Shown here: piece after piece, positions 33,940-42,225 of the stretch | Position numbering within the stretch: the first letter of the stretch is position 1 | Layout of the letters: every line of letters begins with the position of its first letter | Notes under the pieces: model-generated | Seen by the model: the letters and a program-made list of their open reading frames with translations, nothing else | What the model was told of the DNA's origin: nothing | Database searches by the model: none | Made by a program: the position numbers and the translations under genes | Virus record (IMG/VR): IMGVR_UViG_3300045988_086513 | Span: 1-45,427 of that record | Reading direction: 5' to 3' (one strand) | DNA length: 45,427 nucleotides | Origin: a virus

Positions 33940-34167
33940 ATGACTATTGCCGAAGCAAATGAACCTTTATCAAACGGGTTAAAAATCATCATAGCTCAAA
34001 AAGGTTTAAAAAATTTGTATGTTGCAGAGAGTGCTGGTTATACACCACAAGAGTTGAGCGATATGCTCAATGGCAGACGTTTGATTAAGGCGTGCGACAT
34101 TCCAAGAATTGCAAAAGCTCTTGGCGTAGAAATAAATTACCTTTTTGGAATAGAGAAGGGAGCGTAG
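33940..34167 (+). CDS. Cro-like HTH regulator (75 aa)
   Basis: An HTH-like protein (...YTPQELSDMLNGRRLIKACDIPRIAKALGV...). It is the first gene of the rightward operon. The RBS is AAAGGAGG. Confidence 0.7.
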   Translation: MTIAEANEPLSNGLKIIIAQKGLKNLYVAESAGYTPQELSDMLNGRRLIKACDIPRIAKALGVEINYLFGIEKGA

Positions 34168-34172
34168 AGGAG

Positions 34173-34313
34173 ATGCTTGAAAAACTTTCTACAAAAGAAT
34201 TAGTAGAAGAGTTAAAGAAAAGAGAAGGTGTAAAAACAGAATATGCCGAACCGCATCAGGACAAGAAGTTGTCCGTCAATGGTTCGGCAGTGATCTTGGT
34301 TGTTGTTGATTAG
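34173..34313 (+). CDS. BC1881-like small protein (46 aa)
   Basis: STKELVEELKKREGVKTEYAEPHQDKKLSVNGSAVILVVVD matches the BC1881 family pattern. Confidence 0.55.
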   Translation: MLEKLSTKELVEELKKREGVKTEYAEPHQDKKLSVNGSAVILVVVD

Positions 34314-34516
34314 CCAATACGTCTATATGGATAAACGCCTTTTACATGAGAAGCTAAATAGCTTCCATGCGAAGAAGCTGACATAAGTCCACGGTAAACA
34401 GATTCTGGTACTCCTGAATACGCATACAATCCACCACGATTGAATGCAACATAAAGAGTGCCGTTCTCATAGCCAACGCTTGCGATATTGGAAGAAGAAA
34501 CAGGAATCATATTCAT
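34310..34516 (-). CDS. KTSC-domain protein (68 aa)
   Basis: VSSSNIASVGYENGTLYVAFNRGGLYAYSGVPESVYRGLMSASSHGSY is a KTSC domain. Confidence 0.75.
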   Translation of the reverse strand: MNMIPVSSSNIASVGYENGTLYVAFNRGGLYAYSGVPESVYRGLMSASSHGSYLASHVKGVYPYRRIG

Positions 34517-34711
34517 TGGTAAACACCACCTTTTCTATTAGGATTTCGAACGTTCTAATAGAATAGTACTATAAAAATACCTATATGTCAATATATTGTA
34601 GAGAATAAATGTTCGTATACCATATGTTGAAATAAGAGATTTAATACCAGAAAGGAGTGATGTAGACTGAGTCGTGCAGAGACTGAATATTTATTTGATT
34701 ATGTAAGAGAT

Positions 34712-34915
34712 TTGCAGAGGCAGGTAAATCAATTAAAAGTAGCAGTCCTTACCGGGAAAGCAAACGGATTAGAGATTCCGAAGCCTATCCATTTAGAACC
34801 CGGTGCAAGGATACCACTTGGACATCTTGCAGATGATCTACTTGATACAGAATCTCAAAATAATGGAAACGATGCTCGTAATGAGAGCATAGCACAGATT
34901 TTAGAAGATGAATAG
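34712..34915 (+). CDS. Hypothetical protein (about 67 aa, start uncertain)
   Basis: TTG start in the track. The frame is open from 34661, and an AAAGGAG lies at 34652-57. Confidence 0.35.
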   Translation: MQRQVNQLKVAVLTGKANGLEIPKPIHLEPGARIPLGHLADDLLDTESQNNGNDARNESIAQILEDE

Positions 34916-34949
34916 AAAAATGGTTTAAGACCAGAAAGGAGTGAGAACA

Positions 34950-35099
34950 ATGTGGATTTCCAGAAAGAAATTCCGAAGTTTAGAAAAAAGAATTGCTGAC
35001 CTCGAAAAAGCAGTTCGAAGTCAGCAAAAAGTGATTATTTCTTCAAATCCGTATGAAGACGTAAAGCGAGCTTTTGCAGAAGCCTTTCATCAGAAGTAA
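34950..35099 (+). CDS. Small coiled-coil protein (49 aa)
   Basis: Hand-translated as MWISRKKFRSLEKRIADLEKAV.... The RBS is AAAGGAG. It overlaps the 3' end of the minus-strand ORF by 65 nt. Confidence 0.35.
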   Translation: MWISRKKFRSLEKRIADLEKAVRSQQKVIISSNPYEDVKRAFAEAFHQK

Positions 35100-35316
35100 T
35101 GTCGATTATGCCAGAGGATTCAAGCAAATCTAAGACAATTTGAGTTGCTAGATCAGTAGAAAGTGTTATGGAATTCAAAATCATATTAACGTATATTTGA
35201 TCTTTATTCATATCAGAAGTGACATTGTTCATTAAAATATCTTCGAATTGCGAGTTTGAATCTTGAACGACGCTTTGAACATATAAACTTATGAGTTCTT
35301 TGGCTTTATCAGTCAT
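35035..35316 (-). CDS. Hypothetical protein (93 aa)
   Basis: A minus-strand ORF with a weak AAAGGA RBS. A possible TTGACT promoter lies at 35396-35391. Confidence 0.45.
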   Translation of the reverse strand: MTDKAKELISLYVQSVVQDSNSQFEDILMNNVTSDMNKDQIYVNMILNSITLSTDLATQIVLDLLESSGIIDITSDERLLQKLALRLHTDLKK

Positions 35317-35433
35317 GTTCTGTTGTTTCCTTTCTTTAATACTCAGCCTGGCAGGGCTGGCAATTAAAAGATAGGAGATAAGTAAGAAAAAGTCAATAGT
35401 TTAAGACTAGAAAACAGGGTAGGAGGTGGAGAT

Positions 35434-35616
35434 ATGACATCAATTATCGCAACAGGGATAAGTCTTATAGCAACAGCAATAAATGTTGGAATTTTGATTT
35501 ATTCATCAAACAAAAGAATTGCTGACCTTGAAAGTAAAATCCAAGATCAGCAGGAAAAAATCATGTTGCTGAAAGAAGCAACAGTCACTGGAAAGAAAAA
35601 TGATTTTGTATCATAA
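35434..35616 (+). CDS. Small membrane/coiled-coil protein (60 aa)
   Basis: GGAGGTGGAG RBS and an N-terminal TM segment. It shares KRIADLE with the 34950 ORF. Confidence 0.5.
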   Translation: MTSIIATGISLIATAINVGILIYSSNKRIADLESKIQDQQEKIMLLKEATVTGKKNDFVS

Positions 35617-35805
35617 CTTCTCCAAAATACTTTTTGTGATTGAAGATATTAGAGCAGGAATGGAATCGTGAATTGCATTGGCTTTGGCATGACCCGGCAA
35701 TTCATTGGAATGATTTGAAAGATTCTTCTTATATTCTTTTTCAAATTCTTCCGTACATTCTTTTGTTACCTGTTCAGTGATTTTCTCAATCTTATCTTTT
35801 TTCAC
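35611..35805 (-). CDS. Hypothetical protein (64 aa, GTG start)
   Basis: The GTG at 35805 is preceded by an AAGGGAGG RBS. Confidence 0.45.
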   Translation of the reverse strand: MKKDKIEKITEQVTKECTEEFEKEYKKNLSNHSNELPGHAKANAIHDSIPALISSITKSILEKL

Positions 35806-35867
35806 ATTATCGCCTCCCTTCACTGGGAAATTATACCACAAATAAAAAGAATAAGAGGTGACAAGAA

Positions 35868-36203
35868 GTGGAAGTTAAGCCAATTATCACAATGAAAAAC
35901 TTCAAAAGAGGTACAAGAGTAGAGCTGTTGGGTATTGATATCAGTACAGCCTTAACTAACTTTGATTACTCGACACAGGGAGAGGGATCAGGAAATAATG
36001 CAGTTACTCTTGAGATTAACATCGAGGAATTAACTAAGATTCTGTGTGGAATCACGTCGGAAGACATCAAGGACGCGAAAGAAATTCTTGCTCCGTACAA
36101 GAAAGCCTATGATCACGATAAAGAAATTCTCGCTGGTTGTAAAACAACGTTTAAGATAGGCAGACGAAAACTGTTTGAACAGAAAACAATCGAAAAGCAG
36201 TAG
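35868..36203 (+). CDS. Hypothetical protein (111 aa)
   Basis: GTG start after AAGAGGTGA. An alternative ATG lies at 35892. Confidence 0.5.
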   Translation: MEVKPIITMKNFKRGTRVELLGIDISTALTNFDYSTQGEGSGNNAVTLEINIEELTKILCGITSEDIKDAKEILAPYKKAYDHDKEILAGCKTTFKIGRRKLFEQKTIEKQ

Positions 36204-36220
36204 AAAGAGGTGAGAGACAT

Positions 36221-36505
36221 ATGGTGGAGTATCGGGAGTATCGGGACGCTCTGGGAGTGAAGCGCGTCGAGATAGAAACAACTACAGAAGCCTGGGATAG
36301 ATTACTGGAATCTGGTCACTGGGATGAAGTTGTAAAGGTCCTTAATGACGAAGAAGAACCAGAAAGCGAAGAAATTCAAGAAGAGGTGAGAGGAGTGGAC
36401 AAGGTACTGACGATCATAAACTTTATCGCTATGGCGGTAAATATCGGATGCACAATTTACAATATATGGATTTATTTAAAGCTACGCAAGTGGTCAAAGA
36501 AATAA
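36221..36505 (+). CDS. Hypothetical protein with a C-terminal TM segment (94 aa)
   Basis: AAGAGGTGAGAG RBS and a hydrophobic tail, LTIINFIAMAVNIGCTIYNIWIYL. Confidence 0.5.
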   Translation: MVEYREYRDALGVKRVEIETTTEAWDRLLESGHWDEVVKVLNDEEEPESEEIQEEVRGVDKVLTIINFIAMAVNIGCTIYNIWIYLKLRKWSKK

Positions 36506-36552
36506 AGCCCTGTGATGCACCTGAGAAAATTATGAGAAAGGAGTGAAAGAGC

Positions 36553-36894
36553 ATGAGTGTGGTAGATGACTATATTAAACAAAACGCGGAACTTCACCAG
36601 TTTGCGGCAGAGGTCGCAAGGATCATCTCGGGAATCCCGCCGATGCCAGAGTTCTCAACAGAACGCCTGACGGTAGATGATGTAAGCAAGATGATAGGGA
36701 TTCCGACATCATCAGTTCGAGCAGGAATCGTATACGGATGGCTTCCGATCGGAACTGCCACTCGAAACAACAAGGTTGTAAAAAGTCTTACTGGAGAAAA
36801 AACATCTTTTTTTATATCGCCACGGAAGTTGTATGAAGAAACCGGCTATGTATGGAAGGGTAAGGCCGCATTGTCAGGAAAGGAGACAACATGA
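36553..36894 (+). CDS. Hypothetical protein (113 aa)
   Basis: AAAGGAGTGA RBS. Confidence 0.5.
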   Translation: MSVVDDYIKQNAELHQFAAEVARIISGIPPMPEFSTERLTVDDVSKMIGIPTSSVRAGIVYGWLPIGTATRNNKVVKSLTGEKTSFFISPRKLYEETGYVWKGKAALSGKETT

Positions 36895-37049
36895 AAGATT
36901 TAATTGATTCCGCTCTGATCGGGACCTTGGCTACATACTTGCCATTCTGGATCATCGACAGCACCGTTCAGAGAATCGTTTTGGCAATAGGATTATCCAT
37001 TATGGTTTATGCCGGCAAGCTGTGGCTGATGGAACAGGCAGAAAAGTAA
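36891..37049 (+). CDS. Small membrane protein (52 aa, below the track cutoff)
   Basis: ATGA overlap with the upstream gene. Hand-translated as MKDLIDSALIGTLATYLPFWIID...IGLSIMVYAGKLWL. Confidence 0.45.
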   Translation: MKDLIDSALIGTLATYLPFWIIDSTVQRIVLAIGLSIMVYAGKLWLMEQAEK

Positions 37050-37145
37050 TAATAGAAAAGGATCCTCAGAGCAACAATTCATAAGGATCCAAAAAGTAAT
37101 AGTTTATCACCCTCTTATTGTATGAGGGTGGAAAGAAAAAGTCAA
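37050..37145 (-). ncRNA. Candidate minus-strand promoter plus terminator pair (short RNA of about 55-60 nt)
   Basis: On the minus strand: TTGACT (37145-40), 17 nt, TACAAT (37122-17). Hairpin GGATCCT/AGGATCC (37060-66/37084-90) is followed on the minus strand by TTTTCTATT. Confidence 0.3.
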
Positions 37146-37164
37146 TAAAGATAAGGAGAAAATT

Positions 37165-37446
37165 ATGTTCGAGAAAGAAATCGAAGAACTGTTCAAGCTG
37201 AGCATGCGAGTAATAAATGAGACCCCTGCTTTTGTTGAGTTCGATGTACTGTCTCATGTTCATATTTGTCATATCAATATTATGGATGCAGGATGGGACT
37301 GTAAAGCAGAATATGATGGAAATTATTGCATTTACTTTGATGGCAAATGTCCAGAAGATTCTAAGAAAGACTATGAAGTTGCAAAAGCACATTTGCTGAG
37401 ACTTCTTGCTAATGGCAAGTGCCCACTAAATCTTGAGGAGGAATGA
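37165..37446 (+). CDS. Hypothetical protein (93 aa)
   Basis: AAGGAG RBS. Confidence 0.5.
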   Translation: MFEKEIEELFKLSMRVINETPAFVEFDVLSHVHICHINIMDAGWDCKAEYDGNYCIYFDGKCPEDSKKDYEVAKAHLLRLLANGKCPLNLEEE

Positions 37447-37450
37447 ATAA

Positions 37451-38389
37451 ATGAAATTAAACAAACTGGTGTCTACATTAAATATGGAACATAGCACATG
37501 GTTGAAATACCGACGTAAGGGAGTCGGTGGCTCCGATGCAGGAAGCATTTGTGGGCTGAATCCTTATTCCACAGCTATCGCAGTATTCCAGGATAAAGTG
37601 CAGCAGTTACCTGAGAAAGAGGATAACGAATCCATGAGACAGGGGCGCGATCTGGAAGAATATGTAGCCCGCCGTTTTATGGAAGAGACAGGAAAAAAGG
37701 TCCGTAGGGCAAATGCAATCTTCTACAAAGAAGAACAGCCATTTATGCTTGCAAATGTTGACCGTCTGATTGTTGGTGAAAATGCCGGATTGGAGTGTAA
37801 GACGGCTTCTGCATATTCTGCAGATAAATGGAAGAACGGACATATTCCAGAATCTTACGAAATCCAGTGCCATCACTATATGGCAGTTACCGGGGCAGAT
37901 GCCTGGTACATCGCATGTGTGGTCCTTGGAAAAGAGTTTATCTGGCATAAGATCGAGCGCGATGAGGAAATCATTCAGATGCTAATCAGCGTAGAATCTG
38001 ATTTCTGGAACAACAATGTGCTTGCAAACAAGATGCCGGCACCGGACGGAAGTAAGGCAGCCGAAGAATTACTTTCGAAATATTACAAGGATTCTGATCC
38101 AGACAAGATGATTTCACTGGTTGGATTCGATGAAAAATTGAAGAGAAGAGCAGAGATTGCTGCTCTTCAGGAAAAACTGGAAAAAGAGAAGAAGCAGATT
38201 GAGCAGGAAATCAAGGTTTATATGGAAGATGCTGAGAAAGCAGATTCTGACAGTTATTCGGTTACATGGAAATCGGTGACTTCGAGCCGCGTAGATACAA
38301 AGAAACTGCAGTCGGTCTATCCGGAAGTTTATAAAGAGTGCATGAAAACTTCTCAGAGCAGAAGATTTACAGTAAAAGAAATTGCATAG
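37451..38389 (+). CDS. YqaJ-like (lambda Exo-type) recombination exonuclease
   Basis: WLKYRRKGVGGSDAGSICGLNPYST is typical of YqaJ. The gene lies upstream of recT. Confidence 0.8.
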   Translation: MKLNKLVSTLNMEHSTWLKYRRKGVGGSDAGSICGLNPYSTAIAVFQDKVQQLPEKEDNESMRQGRDLEEYVARRFMEETGKKVRRANAIFYKEEQPFMLANVDRLIVGENAGLECKTASAYSADKWKNGHIPESYEIQCHHYMAVTGADAWYIACVVLGKEFIWHKIERDEEIIQMLISVESDFWNNNVLANKMPAPDGSKAAEELLSKYYKDSDPDKMISLVGFDEKLKRRAEIAALQEKLEKEKKQIEQEIKVYMEDAEKADSDSYSVTWKSVTSSRVDTKKLQSVYPEVYKECMKTSQSRRFTVKEIA

Positions 38390-38402
38390 GAGGATGAATA
38401 AA

Positions 38403-39230
38403 ATGGGAGTAAAAGATGCATTAGCAGAGAAAACAGAGAGCAAGGGTTCTGTAAAGTTGACAAAATCTATGAGTATCGCAGACATGATTAAGGCTATGGA
38501 GCCTGAGATCAAGAAAGCATTACCGCAGGTGATCACGCCAGAACGTTTTACCAGAATGGCATTATCAGCACTGAATACTACGCCAAAACTTGCTGAGTGC
38601 AGCCAGATGTCGTTTCTTGGAGCGTTAATGAATGCGGCACAACTTGGTTTAGAGCCGAATACTCCTCTGGGACAGGCGTATCTGATCCCTTATCGAAACA
38701 AAGGAAAACTGGAATGCCAGTTCCAGATCGGATACAAAGGTCTGATTGATATGGTCTATCGCAATGACAATATCCAGACAGTGCAGGCGCAGTGTGTGTA
38801 TGAGAATGATGTATTTGAGTATGAACTGGGTTTAGAGCCGAAATTGGTACATAAACCGGCAATGAAGGACAGGGGCGAACTTATTCTTGTATACGCACTC
38901 TGGAAAGCAAAGAACGGCGGATATGGCTTTGAGGTGATGAGCAAGGAAGATATTGATAACCATGCAAGAAAGTATAGTCAGAGCTTTGCCAGCAGCTACA
39001 GTCCGTGGAAAACGAACTATGAGGAAATGGCAAAGAAGACAGTTATTAAGAAATGTCTGAAATATGCTCCGGTGAAATCAGATTTCGTTATGCAGGTATC
39101 CAATGATGAGACCGTTAAGTCAGAACTTAGCGTAGATATGTCCGAGGTTGCCGATGAACAGGAAACTGTTATTGACGCAGATTATAACGAAGTTGCTTCG
39201 GATTCGGAATCATCTGGAGCAGAAGCATAA
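38403..39230 (+). CDS. recT: RecT-family single-strand annealing protein
   Basis: SFLGALMNAAQLGLEPNTPLGQAYLIPY...FQIGYKGLIDM is characteristic of RecT. Confidence 0.85.
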   Translation: MGVKDALAEKTESKGSVKLTKSMSIADMIKAMEPEIKKALPQVITPERFTRMALSALNTTPKLAECSQMSFLGALMNAAQLGLEPNTPLGQAYLIPYRNKGKLECQFQIGYKGLIDMVYRNDNIQTVQAQCVYENDVFEYELGLEPKLVHKPAMKDRGELILVYALWKAKNGGYGFEVMSKEDIDNHARKYSQSFASSYSPWKTNYEEMAKKTVIKKCLKYAPVKSDFVMQVSNDETVKSELSVDMSEVADEQETVIDADYNEVASDSESSGAEA

Positions 39231-39335
39231 AACCGTAATGATGCTTTAGAGAATCCATCAAAAGCATTAGATATATCACACGATTTTCTCTCAGGGAGTG
39301 ACCTGTTATAGCTTCCTGAGAGGGAAAGGAGATAC

Positions 39336-39686
39336 ATGAATAGCAGAAGTAAGGGAGCTGCTGCAGAGAGGGAAGTCGCCGGTATCCTTCGCGGGTACGG
39401 CTATAAGGCAAGACGAGGACAGCAGTATTGCGGATCCAATGGAGATGCGGATGTAGTTGGTCTTCCTGGTATCCATATCGAAGTTAAGAGACGAGAAAAA
39501 CTGAATATATACGAGGCTGTAGATCAGTCGAAGAGAGACCGGAAACCGGATGAACTTCCGGCGGTGTTCCACAGGAAGAACCATTGTGAGTGGCTGGTTA
39601 CGATGCCGCTTGATGAATGGATGAAGATATACGGGGAATGGGAGGCTGGTTATGGATTACGTGAAGATCAGCAGGAAAATCCTTGA
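39336..39686 (+). CDS. PD-(D/E)xK Holliday-junction-resolvase-like endonuclease (116 aa)
   Basis: SKGAAAEREVAGILRGYGY...GDADVVGLPGIHIEVKRRE carries a D...ExK motif. Confidence 0.6.
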   Translation: MNSRSKGAAAEREVAGILRGYGYKARRGQQYCGSNGDADVVGLPGIHIEVKRREKLNIYEAVDQSKRDRKPDELPAVFHRKNHCEWLVTMPLDEWMKIYGEWEAGYGLREDQQENP

Positions 39687-40410
39687 CTGGGAATGGTACA
39701 CAGACATCAATACGAAAGTGCTGTTCCTGCATATCTTGTTAAAGGCAAACTGGAAAGACGGACGTTTCCAGGGGATAGAGATCCCTAGAGGTTCATTTGT
39801 TACATCGTACCAGTCTTTGTCAGATGAAACTGGTCTGACAATTAGGAATGTAAGAACCGCAATAAAACATTTGGAAAATACAGAGGAAGTGACAGTCAAC
39901 CGACACGCTAAATTCAGCGTAATTACGGTAAAAAACTACAATCAGTATCAGACAAGTGACAAGCAAGTGACAGTCAACCGACAGGGAAGTGACAGTCAAG
40001 TGACAACAATAGAAGAAGGGAAGAAGGAAAGAAAGGAAGAATATAATAAATCTCCTAAAGGAGATTATGAGAGTGGAACTCCTGAAAACAGCATCTATGC
40101 CACGATTCGTGAATTATACAATTCCGTTTGTGGGTCGTATCCCCGCCTGGTAAAGATGTCTGAGGCAAGGAAGAAAGCCATTAATGCCAGAATGAGAGCA
40201 GGCTACACTCTTGATGACTTCCGGACTTTGTTCGAAAAAGCGGAGGCTTCTGACTTCTTGAAAGGCGCGAACAAGCGCAATTGGCGAGCGACATTTGACT
40301 GGCTGATCAGCGATACCAACATGGCAAAGGTCCTTGACGGAAACTACGATGCAAGAAAGGAAGCGGCGACGAATGAACCAGAACCAACCAATGCAGTCAA
40401 ACTCTGGTGA
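39652..40410 (+). CDS. Replisome organizer / replication initiator (N-terminal wHTH, conserved phage C-terminal domain)
   Basis: YVKISRKILDWEWYTD...SFVTSYQSLSDETGLTIRNVRTAIKHLE at the N-terminus. The C-terminus contains RNWRATFDWLISDTNMAKVLDGNYD. Confidence 0.7.
   Translation: MDYVKISRKILDWEWYTDINTKVLFLHILLKANWKDGRFQGIEIPRGSFVTSYQSLSDETGLTIRNVRTAIKHLENTEEVTVNRHAKFSVITVKNYNQYQTSDKQVTVNRQGSDSQVTTIEEGKKERKEEYNKSPKGDYESGTPENSIYATIRELYNSVCGSYPRLVKMSEARKKAINARMRAGYTLDDFRTLFEKAEASDFLKGANKRNWRATFDWLISDTNMAKVLDGNYDARKEAATNEPEPTNAVKLW
39887..40005 (+). repeat. Iteron array inside the replisome-organizer gene (candidate ori)
   Basis: AAGTGACAGTCAACCGACA at 39887-905 and 39965-983. AAGTGACAGTCAAG at 39987-40000. 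AAGTGACA also at 39954-61 and 39998-40005. Confidence 0.6.
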
Positions 40411-41137
40411 ATGCCCTGTATGCCACGGGACAGGATGGGAAACGTATTATGCCACGGTTTACGATTACGGCCTTCCGGAAGAAATTCAATATGCCCGGAA
40501 GTGCCCGAAGTGCAAAGGCGGTTACAGAGCGCAGGATCGTACTGGCGTCCCAAAAGAGTACCACGAGGCAGATCTGGGAAAATTTAATTTTGGCATTTAC
40601 AGCAACGATATGACAAAGCTGCAGAACCTGTGCACCAATTTTCTGAACCATTTCCAGAAGTGGGAAATGGCAGGAAAAGGGTTGTATCTGTACAGCAAGA
40701 CACCGGGAAGTGGAAAAACCTTTCTGGCGTGTTGCTTGGCAAAGTCGGTGATGATGAAATACGATCTGCAAATGCGCTTCGTGACTGCACCAGACTACAT
40801 AAGTGCTGTTGGTGATAGCTACAAGCGCGATCGAGGAGAAGAGGATCCCAGTCAGGTATACCGGGATTGCAAGCTTCTTGTTCTGGACGACATTGGCGCA
40901 CAGGCAGACAAGGAATGGCAGCGGCAGGAAATGTTCCGTCTGATCAACAAGCGCATGGAGGACGGAAACATTACAATCTACACTTCCAACATGAGCACCG
41001 ATAATCTGAATGTGGACACCAGGACCAGAGACCGGATCATCAAGACCTGTGTAGAGTTACAGATGCCGGAGGAAGGCATTCGAAAGAAAAAAGCAGCAGG
41101 AGAACAGAGACAGTTCCTTGCGAGCGTGATGGGATAG
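40373..41137 (+). CDS. DnaC/IstB-like AAA+ helicase loader with an N-terminal zinc ribbon
   Basis: CPVCHGTG...CPKCKG, then TPGSGKTFLA (Walker A) and LLVLDDIG (Walker B). Confidence 0.75.
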   Translation: MNQNQPMQSNSGECPVCHGTGWETYYATVYDYGLPEEIQYARKCPKCKGGYRAQDRTGVPKEYHEADLGKFNFGIYSNDMTKLQNLCTNFLNHFQKWEMAGKGLYLYSKTPGSGKTFLACCLAKSVMMKYDLQMRFVTAPDYISAVGDSYKRDRGEEDPSQVYRDCKLLVLDDIGAQADKEWQRQEMFRLINKRMEDGNITIYTSNMSTDNLNVDTRTRDRIIKTCVELQMPEEGIRKKKAAGEQRQFLASVMG

Positions 41138-41147
41138 AGGAGAGAAG

Positions 41148-41471
41148 ATGGCTAAGCAGATACTTACAAGAATCAAGGATGAGTTAAAGACAATGCAGCA
41201 GTCCAGAGATCAGGAATACATCCAAACTGAGATTAAATGGAATAACAAGAGGTCATTCAGTGTGGAGTGTTTCCGAAAAGGTGATTCTGACGAGATAAGG
41301 GATGCAGACGGAAACATTATCTATGATGACCTGGATTCTGCAGGCGAAGTAATACAGTTCGAGGTCTATTACCTCGTAAAAGGCATAGATACAGATTGCT
41401 GCACACTTACCGCAGAACTTACCGATAAGGACATGCACGATCTGAAAGAATTTGTGGATATGTACCGATAG
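41148..41471 (+). CDS. Hypothetical protein (107 aa)
   Basis: GAGGAGAGAAG RBS. Confidence 0.5.
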   Translation: MAKQILTRIKDELKTMQQSRDQEYIQTEIKWNNKRSFSVECFRKGDSDEIRDADGNIIYDDLDSAGEVIQFEVYYLVKGIDTDCCTLTAELTDKDMHDLKEFVDMYR

Positions 41472-41482
41472 GGAGAAAACTA

Positions 41483-41867
41483 ATGAACAAAATGCGTGAA
41501 TACGAGCGAGGTCGTGAAGATGGTCTTGACCTTGCTCTCAGGATAGTGAAGCAGGGGGGGGATTGAAGCACTGGAGAAGGAGATAAAGTTCCGGAATATT
41601 ACAGGTGTGCACACATCCCTTGCGACAAAGGATTTGGACAAGGCATCCCAGAAGATCAAGGAGATGACCTTGGACACATTTACGATTCTGGGAATTGCAG
41701 TATTGCATGATACATTTGGCTTCGGTCAGATACGCTGTCAGAGATTTATGGATGGCATGGACAAGGGAGCTGAGTATCTTGCGGATAATCTGGCGACATG
41801 GCCGGATTATATCAACAGCATCAAGGAACAGTTGGGAATTGATCTGGAGATCAGATGGAATAATTGA
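41483..41867 (+). pseudogene. Gene split by a frameshift at a G8 homopolymer (27-aa head plus about 100-aa body)
   Basis: MNKMREYERGREDGLDLALRIVKQGG stops at 41564-66. The sequence after the G-run (41554-61) continues as IEALEKEIKFRNITGVH... in the +1 frame. Seven Gs would give one 127-aa ORF. Confidence 0.55.
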
Positions 41868-41880
41868 GGAGGAAAATGAG

Positions 41881-42225
41881 ATGTTAATCAGAAGTCAGGA
41901 CAGAGAAACATTAGTCAATTTGGATAATTCAGCAGTGATCGATATTATGGATATCGAAGGAGCTATTAAAGTTGTCTGCTCTTATTCGTGTGAAGATTAT
42001 ATCATCGGGCGTTATTCGACCAAAGAAAAAGCCCTCAAGGTGTTGGATATGATTGAGGAAGCCTATACCAAAACTGGGTTTGCGAAAGCCATTGTATCAG
42101 AAATGGCAAAAGTATTAGGCGGAGCATCGGCAGGAATAGATGATGAACTTGCGAAATCCGCAGGCGAAGCACTTGTGAAGCTGATGTGTTTCCAGATGCC
42201 AGCAGATAACGAAGTAGAAGTATAA
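41881..42225 (+). CDS. Small protein (114 aa), paralogue of the junction-spanning gene 45251->230
   Basis: Shared MLIRSQD..., GRYSTKEKALKVLDMIEEAY and ...NEVEV. The track ORF start at 41695 is an upstream extension. Confidence 0.55.
   Translation: MLIRSQDRETLVNLDNSAVIDIMDIEGAIKVVCSYSCEDYIIGRYSTKEKALKVLDMIEEAYTKTGFAKAIVSEMAKVLGGASAGIDDELAKSAGEALVKLMCFQMPADNEVEV

Noticed and set aside
37066-37392. 108-aa minus-strand ORF
   Set aside because: It is antisense to the 37165-37446 gene and crosses two hairpins. It has no RBS.
39231-39335. Two hairpins after recT (ATGCTTT/AAAGCAT and CTCTCAGG/CCTGAGAG) considered as terminators
   Set aside because: Neither is followed by a U-run, and the downstream resolvase gene is co-oriented with a good RBS. 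They are more likely mRNA structure than terminators, so they were left unannotated.
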